NCBI GenBank assembly: GCA_951804945.1
Contig: OX638158.1
Span: forward strand, 41,044,001-41,108,000
DNA length: 64,000 nucleotides
Direction: 5' to 3'
Source of the DNA: Podarcis cretensis
Lineage: Eukaryota
Position 1 is the stretch's first letter, and the number at the start of each line of letters is the position of its first letter. Below are positions 14,996 to 27,445 of the stretch, in pieces. Made by a program: the position numbers and the translations under genes. The notes under the pieces were generated by a model that had not been told where the DNA came from, did no database searches, and worked only from the letters and a program-made list of their open reading frames with translations.

Positions 14996-15563
14996 CCTAT
15001 GTGAGCAATTAACCTGAAATTCTATAAGTATTCGACTCCACCACACACAGACAGACACACCAATTGCACCAAGTGAAATATTTCTTGTCTGATTTTTTTT
15101 CCAGGTCAAAAAGAACCCAACATCTACATAGTGGGTCACGCAGCAAGTTAAAATTGATATCTAATACAGAGTAGTGTTACGGTAGTGGCATACATTTAGC
15201 AATTCTAAGCACCCGGATTCATTCTCCAGGGCAGTTGGTTTGGATCAGCCTCTGGTTGAAGTTTAAACAAATTTGTTGGCCTCTGTTCAGACTCTATAAA
15301 ATAAAGTGTTCCACACCACAAAACCACAAAATGGTTCTGCAAAATCTACCAACGTACAAGAGACTAGCAAGTCAGAGTCAAGTGAATGATAAATATCCAA
15401 CTGCCAACACTCAAATGGAGCAGCAGGGATCTATCGTGTGTGTTTTGAAATGCATTGTAAGTACAGACTTAAAAATCAACATAGACTTTGGGAATCAAAC
15501 AAAACATTATTTTCTAGCTCTCTTCTGCTTTACTTTCTTTCTCTTCAGCAATACCTTCCAAAA

Positions 15564-15644
15564 CCACCACCCCTCCATTTACATCTCTCAAGAAGCTGGC
15601 TTGCCACCACCCCTCCATTTACATCTCTCAAGAAGCTGGCTTGC
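15564..15644. repeat. Perfect 40-bp tandem duplication
   Basis: CCACCACCCCTCCATTTACATCTCTCAAGAAGCTGGCTTG occurs twice in tandem. Confidence 0.95.
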
Positions 15645-17835
15645 AGAACAGGGGAGTCAGTTTAATTGCTGTTTATTGCTGCAGTTAGTCTCATTGTGTA
15701 AGTATGCACTTTGTGCAATAGACTAATATTGACTGCAGTAGTTTTTTTTAAAAAACGCATTTTTAAAAAATTATTTTACCATGTCTGTTTTGCTGGCAGT
15801 ATATTACTTTGTGCAAAGCTTCATGAGCCTAAAAGGTTTATTGCTTCCTAGGCGAACAGAAGTTAAAGTCACAGTTGGACTTTTAATGGTGCATTTTATT
15901 AACAGTCGAATAATAAATTACCCGGAGCCACTTAAAAAAAAAAATTAGATTCACATACATATGGAGAAAGAGAACTTTGAAGCTTTGGTCAAAACTCTCT
16001 GAAAATGTCAAATCAAGTTTGGGATTCCCATGGATGAAACTGTAATTGAGGTTTCCCAGGTAGAAACTAACACTCTTTTATCCTCCCGCCCCCTGTATAC
16101 TGTAGTTGAGAAATCTGCAATAGAAATAATTTTAATAATATTTCTGAAAGAAATACTAACACAGTGTATCAATTTGACATCATAAACCAAGTTATATTAA
16201 AAATGAGCTCAAAATTTATTTCAGCCCATCTCTTGACATATAAGCATTTTAGAGCATCTTAACAATATTTATAGGACTGAACATATACAGGAAACAGACT
16301 ACACTCACATAGTGAGTCAATAATTACCCGTCAACCCCAACCCAAGAGAAAACCAGGAAAGGTGGAGAAATGCTCTACCACTGAGCCACAGTCTATGTCT
16401 TGCGGGCAGAAGGGCTCCAGATTTAAGCTCCAAAGAAGTTTAAACCCCTTTCCGAAACCCTGGAGAGCCACTGCCAGCAAAACTGAGCAAGATGGATCTA
16501 TGATCTGACTCAGTATAAGGAAACTCCCTTTATTCCTAAAGCTAGTTTGTGAAACAGTTGTTCCTAGAAACATATTTTTCCCCACTCTATAGCTTTTAAA
16601 ACCAGTCACTTCATAATTAGATTTTATCAGTTTTGTTTCATCATCACTTGAACCATGAAAACAACATGAAAGTATCCCTCCAAATGGATGCTCACAAGAG
16701 TTGAAATGGACCATAGCGAAGGGGAAGGAAATGGATGGAAGAGTTTGCTTGTTGAAACAGGAACAACACTAAAGAGATTGTTAGTCCCCATCACATTCTT
16801 AGATTTTCCAGGTTACACGATCTACTGTACCCATAGCTGAGGTAGCTCCACAATGCCAATGGGCTTGATGATATAAAAACTAAGAGTCTGCAAGGTTTAG
16901 AGTGGGCTAATGGCACACAGAAAAGACTGTTTAATTAGTATTTGTTCAAGACTGTTAGCAATGACTTGCTTAGACCAAGGAACTCTACTGGAGCCAGACA
17001 TTTTATGGGACTTATCTTGATCAAGCACCCTCTGGCCATCTCCCTTGGTAATATAGACTATGGTGTTTCCACAGGCATTATCCTCAGTTTAAGATCCCAG
17101 ACGGCAACTAAAGAGGCATGGGCATTGTTGTTACTGTCTCTCCTAAGGCTAATTCAGCAGTGAAAAGATAATTAAAATATAGGAGATTATGGGCTGTATC
17201 CAACTAAGTCATACTCAGAGTAGGCCTACTCAAATCAAATCCGATGGAGAAGATCTTTTTCATCTTTTAATGCTTGCAACAGCTGTATGTATATTCATTT
17301 CAAATCAGAAGTAGTCAAAGTTGAAGGTACTTTGAAATAGCATAGAATCAGCTCTGCTTGCTATCCTCAGTTACTGAGCCTGGTTCACATGCAAGGCTGT
17401 TTCAAAGTCTACAGGAAGTGGCTCTGTAGAGAGAGATGCATATAGCTAAGGGCTGTTTGGATCAACTACATTATATTCTTTTCTTTTTACCAAGGGGGGA
17501 GTAGTTTCAGAATGTGTAACATTGACCCACATGAGCTTTAATTTGGAGGGAAAAAATACAGTATCTGAAAGAACCCATAGAATAAAATAGTGGCATGTGA
17601 GATTTATGAAAATCATTAAATTTGGTTAAATAGATTCTACAGTTCCAGCTACTATCAGGAACAGAATACAAATACAAGGCTGACTGTCAGTGGAATCTCA
17701 ATCTGCGATGCAGAGACAGAAGCCAAAGTAGAGCTGTCACCATCCTTGAGGTTTGCTTAGAGCAGTCTTTGCTGACCTGGTGCTCTCAAGATATTTGAGG
17801 CAGTAAATCCCACTAGCCCCAACTAGCATGGTCAT

Positions 17836-18285
17836 AAGGTCCATATAGTTAAAGCTATGGTTTTCCCAGTAGTGATGTATGGAAATGAGAGCTGGACCGT
17901 AAAGAAGGCTGATCGCCAAAGAATTGATGCTTTTGAATTATGGTGCTCGAGGAGACTCTTGAGAGTCCCATGGACTGCAAGAAGATCAAACGTATCCATT
18001 CTTAAGGAAATCAGCCCTGAGTGCTCACTGGAAGGACAGATCCTGAAGCTGAGGCTCTAATGCTTTGGCCACTTTATGCGAAGAGAAGACTCCCTGGAAG
18101 ACCCTGAAGTTGGGAAAGATTGAGGGCACAAGGAGAAGGGGACGACAGAAGACGAGATGGTTGGACAGTGTTCTCAAAGCTACCAGCATGAGTTTGACCA
18201 AACTGTGGGAGGCAGTGGAAGACAGGAGTGCCTGGTGTGCTCTGGTCCATGGGGTCATGAAGAGTCGGACACGACTAAAAACAAC
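17836..18285 (+). mobile_element. 5'-truncated BovB/RTE LINE 3' end
   Basis: Decayed ORF (VFPVVMYGNESWTVKKADRQRIDAFELWC...RWLD), GAGTCGGACACGACT terminus with a CAA-like tail; 11-bp TSD AGCATGGTCAT at 17825-17835 and 18286-18296. Confidence 0.92.
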
Positions 18286-18817
18286 AGCATGGTCATGCTG
18301 GCTGGGCCTGATGGGAATTGTAGTCCAAAACATTTGGATGGCACAAATTAGGAAGCAGGTGGCTTACAGTTAGCTCAAGCTATGCATCTTGATGTAACCA
18401 TTCTGACCAGGGTAACAATGTACATCTAGTGGCTACAAGAGGAAATTTTGCCACGTTGTTACACAAGGACAAAAAGAAAATTAAAAAAAACTGTTTCAGA
18501 AATAATTTTCCTCCCTAAGATGCAAAGAGGCAAAGATGCCTCCCCTCCCCGCCTTCTCAGATCACACTCGATTTCAACAGCCATTTTCCTTCAGGGTGCT
18601 TGGCCACAATGTGCCAAGAGTTTTCAGGGGGTAGAGGAAATTTAACATGTACCCTAATTTTGGCACTATAGTTACCCTATAATTCTTCCAAATGAAAGTG
18701 CCATGAGAACTCTGATTGTACGATAGCTGCCATCTTATAATTGCTTACTGGCGAGAGGCGTAGGATAACAAAATCTCCTTCTTTCTTATAACCTCTTGAA
18801 GGCTGAAAGAGGATCTT

Positions 18818-18821
<4 letters not shown>

Positions 18822-18853
<32 letters not shown>
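18822..18853. repeat. (TC)n microsatellite
   Basis: Direct reading. Confidence 0.95.
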
Positions 18854-18856
<3 letters not shown>

Positions 18857-19989
18857 CTTATTCAAGGACTAGAAAGCCCAGCAGATTCCAGCATCAGAAT
18901 TGGTACCACTTGATGCCAGCTGCCTTTTCCTGCCCATTTCATGCCACAAAAAGCACACAGCTCTGAACAAGCAAATTCAGCAAGCTCATCAATGCCAGCA
19001 TTTTGTTACTGTTAATAAATGGACATGTGAAGAAAGACTGGGGCTAGTAATTTTCCCAGCTGTTAATGAAAGCACTAGAAGTCACTCAGAATAACTAAGA
19101 ATAAGAACATTCTGTGCATGACACATCCTTTTCCTTACGAGTGTTAGTAGACAGTACATATCAACAGGTCTCACACCTCTGCAATCTTTCCCATAGAAAC
19201 TCTCAACAGGAGGAAGGTAACAAGGACAATCCCATTTCACATTTTAGAGGGCTGCTGTTAAAAGTGAAATACATTCCTGCGGACTTTATTTCGTCAAAGA
19301 AGGTTTTTTTTAAAAAAAATATCTCTCAACTGTGTACTGATTGGCCTTCATCATACCCTTTTCTATTACTGAACTCTTTTTTAAAATGCAGTACACAAAC
19401 ACCTCATTATAGCATGCAAATTCTCTCCTTGCCAACCTCATTAGAGATGGTGCACTGTATTAAAATAAAGCTCTTCTCCCTGCTTCCTAAATGAAGAGGA
19501 TTAAAATAATCCAACAAAGAAAGGGAACAGCATTAGAACTAGAGACTGAACCATCTAGAATCACTTTTGCCATACATCAAACTAAGACCACATTTTGCCA
19601 CGCTACGAACACTTCTTAATAAGACTGTTTTGCAAATCAAAGATAGGCAGAAATATTCTAAGTCTATTTTACCTCTTAATGTTCCCACAGTCAAACTAAA
19701 TGCCTAAGGTTTTTTAGCATTAAAAATGAAGTGGTATCAAGAATATACAACCAGTTATTCCTCAATTTTGAAAGTACTGATTAGAGAGCTACCTATTGTG
19801 CAGATGACACTCTTATCTGACTTCATAGATCAGATGAGTGGAAAATAATCAATTGTGCATGACAGGAATTGTTGCCATATGACAGCACTTTTAAGCAAAG
19901 TTTACCTACCTATTCTGTTCTGCTCCTTTCAGAATCTAAGAGGCATATGCACAGCAAACCTGAAGATAACATTATGAGAGACATATATC

Positions 19990-20244
19990 ATTTATTATTC
20001 TATTATCACATTCCTATCCCAACTTTTCTCCAAGGAGCTCAATGCAGTGTATCCACTTCTCCTACTTTCCCACTTTATCCTCACAACAAACCTGTGAGGT
20101 AGGTGAGGATGAGAGGTAATGAGAGACTGTGACTGACCCCAGGTTGCCCAGTGGACTTTATGTAATGGACAGGGATGGGGACAGTGGACTGGGATGTGAA
20201 CCCTGGTTTCCCAGATCCAGCACTCTAACCACTATGTGACACTG
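19990..20244 (-). mobile_element. MIR-like CORE-SINE relic
   Basis: TTATCCTCACAACAAACCTGTGAGGTAGG core and a CTCTAACCACTA tRNA-head remnant. Confidence 0.6.
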
Positions 20245-20320
20245 TTGAATGTATGAGCAGGCGAATGAACACCAAAAGGCTCCATGCCTACATAAATTTA
20301 AAATTGGGAAACTGGCATCA

Positions 20321-20585
20321 TTGTTGTTGTTTAGTCATTTAGTTGTGTCCGACTCTTCATGACCCCATGGACCAGAGCACGCCAGGCACTCCTGTCTTTC
20401 ACTGCCTCCTGCAGTTTGGTCAAACTCATGCTGGTAGCTTCAAGATCACTGTCCAACCATCTCGTCCTCTGTCGTCCCTTTCTCCTTGTGCCCTCCATCT
20501 TTCCCAACATCAGGGTCTTTTCCAGAGAGTCTTCTCTTCTCAGGATGTGGCCAAAGTATTGTAGCCTCAGCTTCAGGATCTGTCC
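20321..20585 (-). mobile_element. 5'-truncated BovB/RTE LINE 3' end
   Basis: Minus frame ILKLRLQYFGHILRREDSLEKTLMLGKMEG...RWLD; (CAA)n tail; homologous to 18035-18285. Confidence 0.92.
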
Positions 20586-20735
20586 AATCAATTGCTAAAA
20601 CTAGATATGTATACATATCTTTTAACTATTGCATCCTCATTGCAAAGTAAGACACCCCCACTTTAAATAGGTTGTTCAGGTTTTTTCTGAACAAGCAGAG
20701 TCACAGACTTGAATCTTCACTAAGGTATCCTACAG

Positions 20736-20871
20736 CAGGCTTCCTCAACCTCGGCCCTCCAGATGTTTTGAGACTACAATCCCCATCATCCCTGACCACT
20801 GGTCCTGCTAGCTAGGGATCATGGGAGTTGTAGGCCAAAAACATCTGGAGGGCCGAGGTTGAGGAAGCCTG
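20736..20871. mobile_element. Palindromic hAT MITE (136 bp)
   Basis: Near-perfect long TIRs CAGGCTTCCTCAACCTCGGCCCTCCAGATGTTTT; TSD TCCTACAG/TCCGACAG. Confidence 0.88.
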
Positions 20872-21039
20872 TCCGACAGTCATGCAGCAACATGAGAAGC
20901 TGCCTCAGAGAACTACAATTCCCAGTGCCCTTACCAAACTACAGCACCCATAATTATTTGGAGGGAGTCCTGTGCTTTAAATGCACATCAGGTGTGCTTT
21001 ATATGTATGCCATGGCTCTGCCCTTATCCCGAGTCAGAC

Positions 21040-21201
21040 AACTGCTCCATCTAGCTCAGTACTGTCTATTCAGACTGACAGTAGCTCTCCAGAGTTTTAG
21101 GCAGGGAATATTTCCCAGCTCTACCTGGAGGTGCCGGGATTTGAGCCTGCGAGTTTCTGCATACAAAGCAGATGCTCCACCACTGAGCTACAGCCCTTCC
21201 C
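21040..21201 (-). mobile_element. tRNA-derived SINE relic
   Basis: Minus strand GGGAAGGGCTGTAGCTCAGTGG...CAGGCTCAAATCCCGGCA (A and B boxes); a related body fragment lies at about 16400-16530. Confidence 0.6.
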
Positions 21202-21516
21202 AAATGATTGATTACTGGAGGACCATGGATTAATAGCAACGTCAAAAGCATCCCTGAGCTGCTCCAGGAAAACAGCCAACAGACTGCGCTGCTATTTTCC
21301 CACCACTCTTTTCAAACAAGGTATTCTGGAATTCTGTAGGAGTGCTAGTGGCCTCTCTGGATTCTAAGGCATAGAAATCAGAGTACAAAACATCTGCAGT
21401 GGAACTGTTATGTAGGCTGTAAGCATAGCTAAGGAGCATGGCTTTTCTTCAAAGTGTGAGTGTGGATAAATCTGTTCTTTGCATGCTTGGCATTAGGGCT
21501 TGGCAGTATTGATATA

Positions 21517-21784
21517 CAGTCTTACCTTGGGCTATAGACGCTTCAGGTTACGTGTTTTTTTGGGGGGGGTATGGACCCGCCAAAACCCGGAAGTACCGGA
21601 ACGGGTTACTTCCAGGTTTCGGGGGTCGCACATGCGCAGAAACACTAAAATTGTGCCTTGTGCATGCACAGAAGTGCTGAATCGCAACCCGTGCATGCGC
21701 AGACGCGCAGCTGCGGATTGCGAATGCTGCAGGTTGCGAACTTGCATCCCGCACTGATCATGTTTGCAACCCGAGCGTCCACTG
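21517..21784. mobile_element. Tigger/pogo-like MITE
   Basis: TA|CAGT...CACTG|TA termini; internal CCGGAAGT/ACTTCC and TGCGCA palindromic motifs; CpG-rich. Confidence 0.75.
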
Positions 21785-24139
21785 TATTGTCCAAAGCTGG
21801 TTTGAAGTCCATATTGTGATACCGGAGAGAGGAAAGGGAGGGAAGTTCTGTTTTGTTGCATAAGTGGAAATTCTTGCACTAACAGAACTCCTTCATTGGA
21901 TGACACTCCTATAATTAGTACATGCAAGCTCAGTTTGCAAGTTAAACACAATACGCATGTCTGACGCTGCTTGGAAGGCTTTTTCTGCATCACAGGTGGT
22001 TCACATGGCACACTTAGCATGTGGGACTCACTGGTCTTCTGCAATGCATGGAGAGCCCCCATCACAGTTTCCAACAATGGCAACTGAGGATGGTGTGAAG
22101 AGCTGGTCTCTGTTGCTCCAGGTGGAGAGCATGTTTCATGAGTTACGGGCACAGCATGCAGCAGCTGCCACTTGGATACTTTCAGCGTGGCTTTTGTTAT
22201 GCCCTCACAGTGACATGGAGCACGCAAAAAACCCAGCAGTGCCCAGCCGCTATCTAGAGGCACGTCCCGGTTTCCCTTACCCTAAGCATTCAATCAAAAC
22301 AAAGCAGAAACCTCTCTTTGAAAGTTTGGGACAGACACGTGGGCATTTCACATCAATTATGAATCCTCTTCAGAGCCAAGCCAAACCAAAGGCCACCTTT
22401 AAAATTATGCACATGATCACCCCCTCATTTCTGTTCACACCACAGAAGCAGGAAGCAGTGCTAGGCTTTCTGCTGCATTTAGAAGTGGTTAAGCTTCAAT
22501 TCTTCACTAGTGACAAGACAAAATAATATGCCCCCACCAAGACTATTTGAGGTTTCGCGTAGTGTGTGCCAAACATCCAGTTTGTAGCTGCATCTGAAAA
22601 CCCCAGAAAAGCCCTGAGAGAGAGAAGCTAAGCCAAGTCTCTTTACACCAAAGCAAACAAAAGGCCAACTAAGCCAAAACATTATAGAAGATTAACTTCT
22701 AGTTTTATTGTTACTGAATCACATCACCCTCAGCCCATAACACTATTATTGCTATTTTACCAAGGTGGCATTGAAATATAGGAAACTTCTTTTCTAGCTT
22801 TAGTCTATTAATCGCTAATTCTTATCACTGAAGCTGGGTAAAAAAAAGAGAGAGTTACATGCAATTCCTCCAACGAACCTATTCAGACTATACATCTTAT
22901 CGTATCTCTTGCCAAAAATTAACCCCCAAAAATGTACTTTTATAGAAAAGGAAACAAGAGAAGATTTGTCTCTGGCCTCCTGATACTGAAAGAACAGCTG
23001 TGAAATGCTAATTGTTTAAAGTCCAACACACAGCTTCTATTACAGTCAGTGGAAAAGAGCATTAGATAATGTGAACTCCATACAAACTAGTGTAGATAAT
23101 GGGAAACTGTTTACAGTTATGAAATTTTTCCAGTGGTCCAACGTTAAAGACTTCATTTAGTTTTTGTATCAGTTCTTTTACCAGCTATTAGTGCTCATAA
23201 GGTTTAAACAAAAGTGCTCTAGGAGCAAGGCGAAGCTGCAAAGAGCAAACTTAAAACAGAGGAACAACTTTACCAAAAGCTTACTAGAATTACAAACAGC
23301 TTAAAATAGTATCAGCACATAACCACAGAGTAGTTTAAAGTAGATCTGCAGTTGATCCATAATGTGCAGTCTTAAACCCTTTCATTCAGAAGTCGTTCTG
23401 AGTTCAAATAGAACTCGGCACACAGTAAGGCTGTGTGTATCCACTATACCTTTAAAGCACATTCGAAGCACACTCTTTCCCTAAAAGAATTCTGGGTACT
23501 GCAGTTAAAGGTTACTTGGAATTGTAACTCTGCGAGAGGTGAACTACAGTGCCCAGAATTCTTTGCAGGAAAGAAGGTGTATTGAATGTGTTTTAGAGTT
23601 ACAGTGTGTATAAATGTGTTAAAACATCTTGAAACAAAATACTGGGAAGTTCCAATAGCACCATGTATTCAGCAAATCCAGAAACAATTTTCACAGGAAG
23701 AAGCTACGGGACAAAAACTGGAGAATGTCTAGAAAGAGCAACAGTCCTAAGGAACTGATGCAAATGCAAAGGGGGTGGCTTAATTTATTTCATTTAAAAA
23801 TATTTATACACCACTTTTCTGGGCAAAACAGCTTACAATAAAAACTAAAAATATAAAAACATCACTGTGAATAAAAGCAGAGACTTTAAATAAAACCCAA
23901 TTTCTAAAATCCCTTCTCCTCCCCCACAAATTTGGCCTGTTCTTCCCCTCAAAACATAGTATGTAATAAAATAAACTATTTAAAGCAAAGGAACCATATA
24001 TAATGCAATTATATTTCTTTGCAAACCAACTAGTTTTACAAGCTTTTGTTTCCAGTTTCCAGGATTTCACATCTCTAGACACTCCACTCTATTTTTTCAT
24101 AACATCTAGATCAAGCCAGACCGGGCCAGGCAGGACGTA

Positions 24140-24985
24140 GCCTGGACGCAACAGGAATTGATAAGGGAAAATAAGTTGAGCTTGAATCCTGGCAAGATGG
24201 AGACACTGTGGGTGTCTGAGAAATTGGTCTGTTTCCTGTCCTGGGCGAAGTAGGTATGGAGTCTGGGGTTGCTTCTGGACGCAGCTCTGTCACTGGAGGA
24301 TGTGGTAGCCTTGGTGTCTAGAAGCACCGTTGTACCAGCTGCCAGTGGTGAGAGAGCTATAGCTTTTATGGGAGTAGGAGAGCATGGCTACAGAAGTTCA
24401 GACACCGGTGACTTCCAGGTTCGATCACTGCAATGTGCTCTGTGTGGGGCTTCCTTTGAGCTTGAACCAGAAGCAGGAATGAGGTTCTGTCAGCATATAA
24501 CACTTTGGCTCAGATATGTCCACTGGTTGCCTATTTGCTACTGAGCCAAGTACAAGTTGTTGCTATTAATATATCAAGCCATTTAAAGCTTGGGACCAGT
24601 TTAGTTGTGGGATTGCCACAAGCACTTCAATCTGTAGAACTGGTACTCTTCAGGTGTCACACAGTACTCATTCGGCACTTGTAAGAAAACCATTTTTTGA
24701 ATGCCAAAGCATCTCCCAACCAATTGACATGAGGAAGGTGCCTTCACAACACTCTTTTTGCTGCCTGATTAAAACATTTTTATTTCACAAACCTATCCTG
24801 ACACATAGGTGCTGAAGTGTTTTGATATTTTAGTTTAAAAAAACTACTATTCACTTTAATCATATTTTCAATATTTTAAAACCCTGTTCCATGAACAATT
24901 TTTAACGTTCTATTTTATAAACTGCTTAGAGTTTGTTTTCACAATCAGGTGGTATCTAAAATTTTGCTAGATAATAAAAAACAAA
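24140..24985 (+). mobile_element. Decayed L2 LINE ORF2 C-terminal fragment
   Basis: Frameshifted motifs NKLSLNPGKME, SRFDHCNVL-GLP, HITLWLRYVHWLPI and KYKLLLLIYQA. Confidence 0.75.
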
Positions 24986-25975
24986 TAATGTCAAAGCATC
25001 ACCGCCAATTATTAGCTGCTCTGGGCTACACTTTGTAAGAGCCATCTTGCAGAAGACATGCACCCTGCCCTTTTTCTTCCCAACATGTGAAGTGTTTTCA
25101 AGATGAGCAGCGGCAAAACTGAAATAAAATCTGAGCGCAAAGTTTTAAAATGTCGCAGAAAGAAACTGAGCAGTCAATCTTCACTTTTCCTCTGGGAAAC
25201 TTCGAGCACACAGTTCACCATAACTCTTTAAGTGTGAACCCTATAAAGTTTGCCTCTGGGAATGCTGGTAATAAAGGCAATTCCATGCTGGGAGGAAATT
25301 GCATCATAGGGTTTCACCTCCACTCCAGCCCCACTTTGGCACAACCTCCCTCATCAGCCTTGCAGAAGCCTCATCAGATCAGGTTTTGCAGGCTCTCCTC
25401 ATCTTCGAGTCCAAAGGCAGGGGAACATGCCCATTTTCCCCGCTCACCTATTATTTTTCATTTTAAGAGGCATATCAAAGACTACTCTCTGACACTTAAT
25501 CACTTAGGGAAGGGAGGAGAGAATGAAATATGGCAGTGTAGAAAAAGAATCCCTTTAGAAGGCTTCAAAAGGTACAAGAAGAATTGCTGATACAGGCCAA
25601 CTGTCAGACAACTGCAATGCAGAAGATGTGGAACATTCATAATTTTATCTCTTTTCTGTAATTACTACACAACAAACCAACTCTCTCATTCAGTTAATAC
25701 CTCAGAAAAATATATCAAAGTCAGGAATTCTGCTGGCCGGCAATATACAGTTCAGTGGTTTCAGTTATTTCCCAAAATATTGCCGTGTTTTGTAGCAAGT
25801 GATTAAACGTTCACCCTTCAATAGACAAGAGTTTACATATTCAAACTCGCATTCATGAGAAACATATAGCTGCAATTACCGTATTTTTTGCACCATAACA
25901 CTCACTTTTTTCCTCCTAGAAAGTAAGTAAGAAAGTAATGTCTGTGCGTGTTATGGAGGGAATGCCTACGGGTGG

Positions 25976-26385
25976 TGTCAGGGAACTGCCATCGGAAGGA
26001 CAGGTGGTGAGAAGGCTTCAGGAGAATAGGAGAGACAATTCTTCAGCAGAAGAGGGAACCAGTAGGGGGAGTGCGGGAGCTCCAAAGGAAAGGGAGTCGG
26101 AGGGGAGGCTCTGGGATACTTCCAGTGAGAACAGCGAGGAGGTATCAGAACAGCTTTTAAGGACCCCCACCCCCCGCCGGAAACTGTCACGCAGGGAATC
26201 CAGGAGGCGCATGTCCGTGAAACAGCTTTTATGTTGGAAACGTTTCCGCAAACGCCCACTGTCAGATTCTACCAGCGACTGACGGAGCCATGCTGAAGGG
26301 CTCCGCTCAAGGCAGGGTTTCACTACACTGAGTGAGCTCTGAGGGATCCAGCTTCAACGCACAAGCAGCTCATCATCCCACCACA
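25976..26385 (+). repeat. 5' LTR (410 bp)
   Basis: Begins TGTCAGGGAAC, ends CCCACCACA; same sequence as 31077-31486 (offset 5101; the antisense ORF translations of both copies are identical). Confidence 0.97.
26227..26268 (+). promoter_or_regulatory. Predicted LTR core promoter/TSS (TATA-like TTTTATG about 30 bp upstream of the predicted +1 near 26258)
   Basis: The self-primer must be the 5' end of the transcript; TATA-like box spacing and a CCACT initiator-like context agree. Confidence 0.55.
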
Positions 26386-26387
26386 GC

Positions 26388-26398
26388 AATCTGACAGT
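26388..26398 (+). promoter_or_regulatory. Self-priming primer-binding site (Tf1-type)
   Basis: AATCTGACAGT, 2 nt after the 5' LTR, is the exact reverse complement of LTR bases 26258-26268 (ACTGTCAGATT); there is no TGG tRNA-type PBS. Confidence 0.85.
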
Positions 26399-26430
26399 CC
26401 CTGAAAGCAGCTTGTGCAAAGAGAGGCATC

Positions 26431-27445
26431 ATGAGCAACCCAGCCGGAGCCGGAGATGGGGGAGCAGCTGCAGCCGGTCCTAGCCTGGAAGAAAGGTACA
26501 GGATGTTGGAGGTACAGTTAGCTCTGCAAACGGCGAGGCTGGAGGAGAGGAGGGCTCATGATGCAGAAAAGGGGAAAGCCGCCCAGCTCTCGAGGAAAGT
26601 GCCAGGACTGGTGCAGAAGTTTGGGGGTGATCCCAGGAATTATCAAGCCTTCAGGACAGAGATGCAATATGCCCTCAATCTGCAGTTTGATGATTTTCCT
26701 GATGAGGATTCGAGGGTTGCTTATGTGATTGGGCATCTCGAAGGCGGGGCCAAAGATTGGGTGAGGCCACTAATGGCAGCCAATAATGAAGCCCTAAGGG
26801 ACACAAGGAAGTTTTTTCGCGCCATGGATCTGATGTTTTCCAGCGAGATTGAGCAGGGAGTGGCGCGCAGGCAGTTAATGGCGTGTAAACAAGGGAACCG
26901 ATCTGTCCGTGAGTACTGGACTGAGTTCACCATGTTGATCCATAAATTAGGATGGGATTTGTCAGCGGAACCGATACAAATGCTGTTCGAAGAAGGACTA
27001 TCTTCGGCAGTGAAAGACGAACTTTCCCGGGGGCCCAGGGCGGAGTCTATGGACCATCTGACTAAATCAGCGCTGGCCATAGGATCACGCCAGGAGGCCA
27101 GAGCCTTGGAGAAGCGGGAAGGGAAAGGGGAGCGTTGGAGGGATTTCCGCATTCCAGAGATGCCAGAGCAGCCTTCTCTGCCAGCAGAGCCGATGGAAAT
27201 CGGAACAGCGCGCGCGCGCGCAATTTCAAACCCCAGTGAAAGGGCGGAAGAAGGAGGGAAAAGGCGCCAAGAAATGTTTTCTCTGCCAACAGCCAGGTCA
27301 TTTTGCCAGAGTTTGTCCGCAAAGAAAGGAATGGCAAGGAATGGCGGGAGCTGTTGGGGAGGAGGGAGAAGGAGCTAAGGAGCAAGTAAAAGCCAACGCC
27401 TGGCTGCCACCGACGGGGCACAGCAGCCAGGCCAAGGAACAGTAA
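26431..27445 (+). CDS. gag: Gag (retrotransposon capsid domain plus CCHC zinc knuckle), interrupted by a frame break near 27208-27235
   Basis: ORF 26431-27378 encodes capsid motifs (KFGGDP...FPDEDSRVAYVIGHLEGGAKDW; MHR-like KQGNRSVREYWTEF) and EPMEIG. The CX2CX4HX4C knuckle CFLCQQPGHFARVC lies in the +1 frame (27236-27445). Confidence 0.9.

Noticed and set aside
21500-22526. 243-aa and 189-aa ORFs
   Set aside because: Partly within a CpG-rich MITE, no protein-like motifs; chance ORFs.
26281-26385. Possible hammerhead or SECIS in the LTR (TGATGA...GAAA on the minus strand; CTGACG plus hairpin on the plus strand)
   Set aside because: Core nucleotides and stems do not assemble correctly; the hairpins are better explained by the self-priming fold.
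27376-27432. Gag-Pol by stop-codon readthrough (gag and pol are in frame across TAA)
   Set aside because: It would skip the zinc knuckle, TAA is the least leaky stop, and the pseudoknot is 19 nt away, too far for MuLV-type readthrough.
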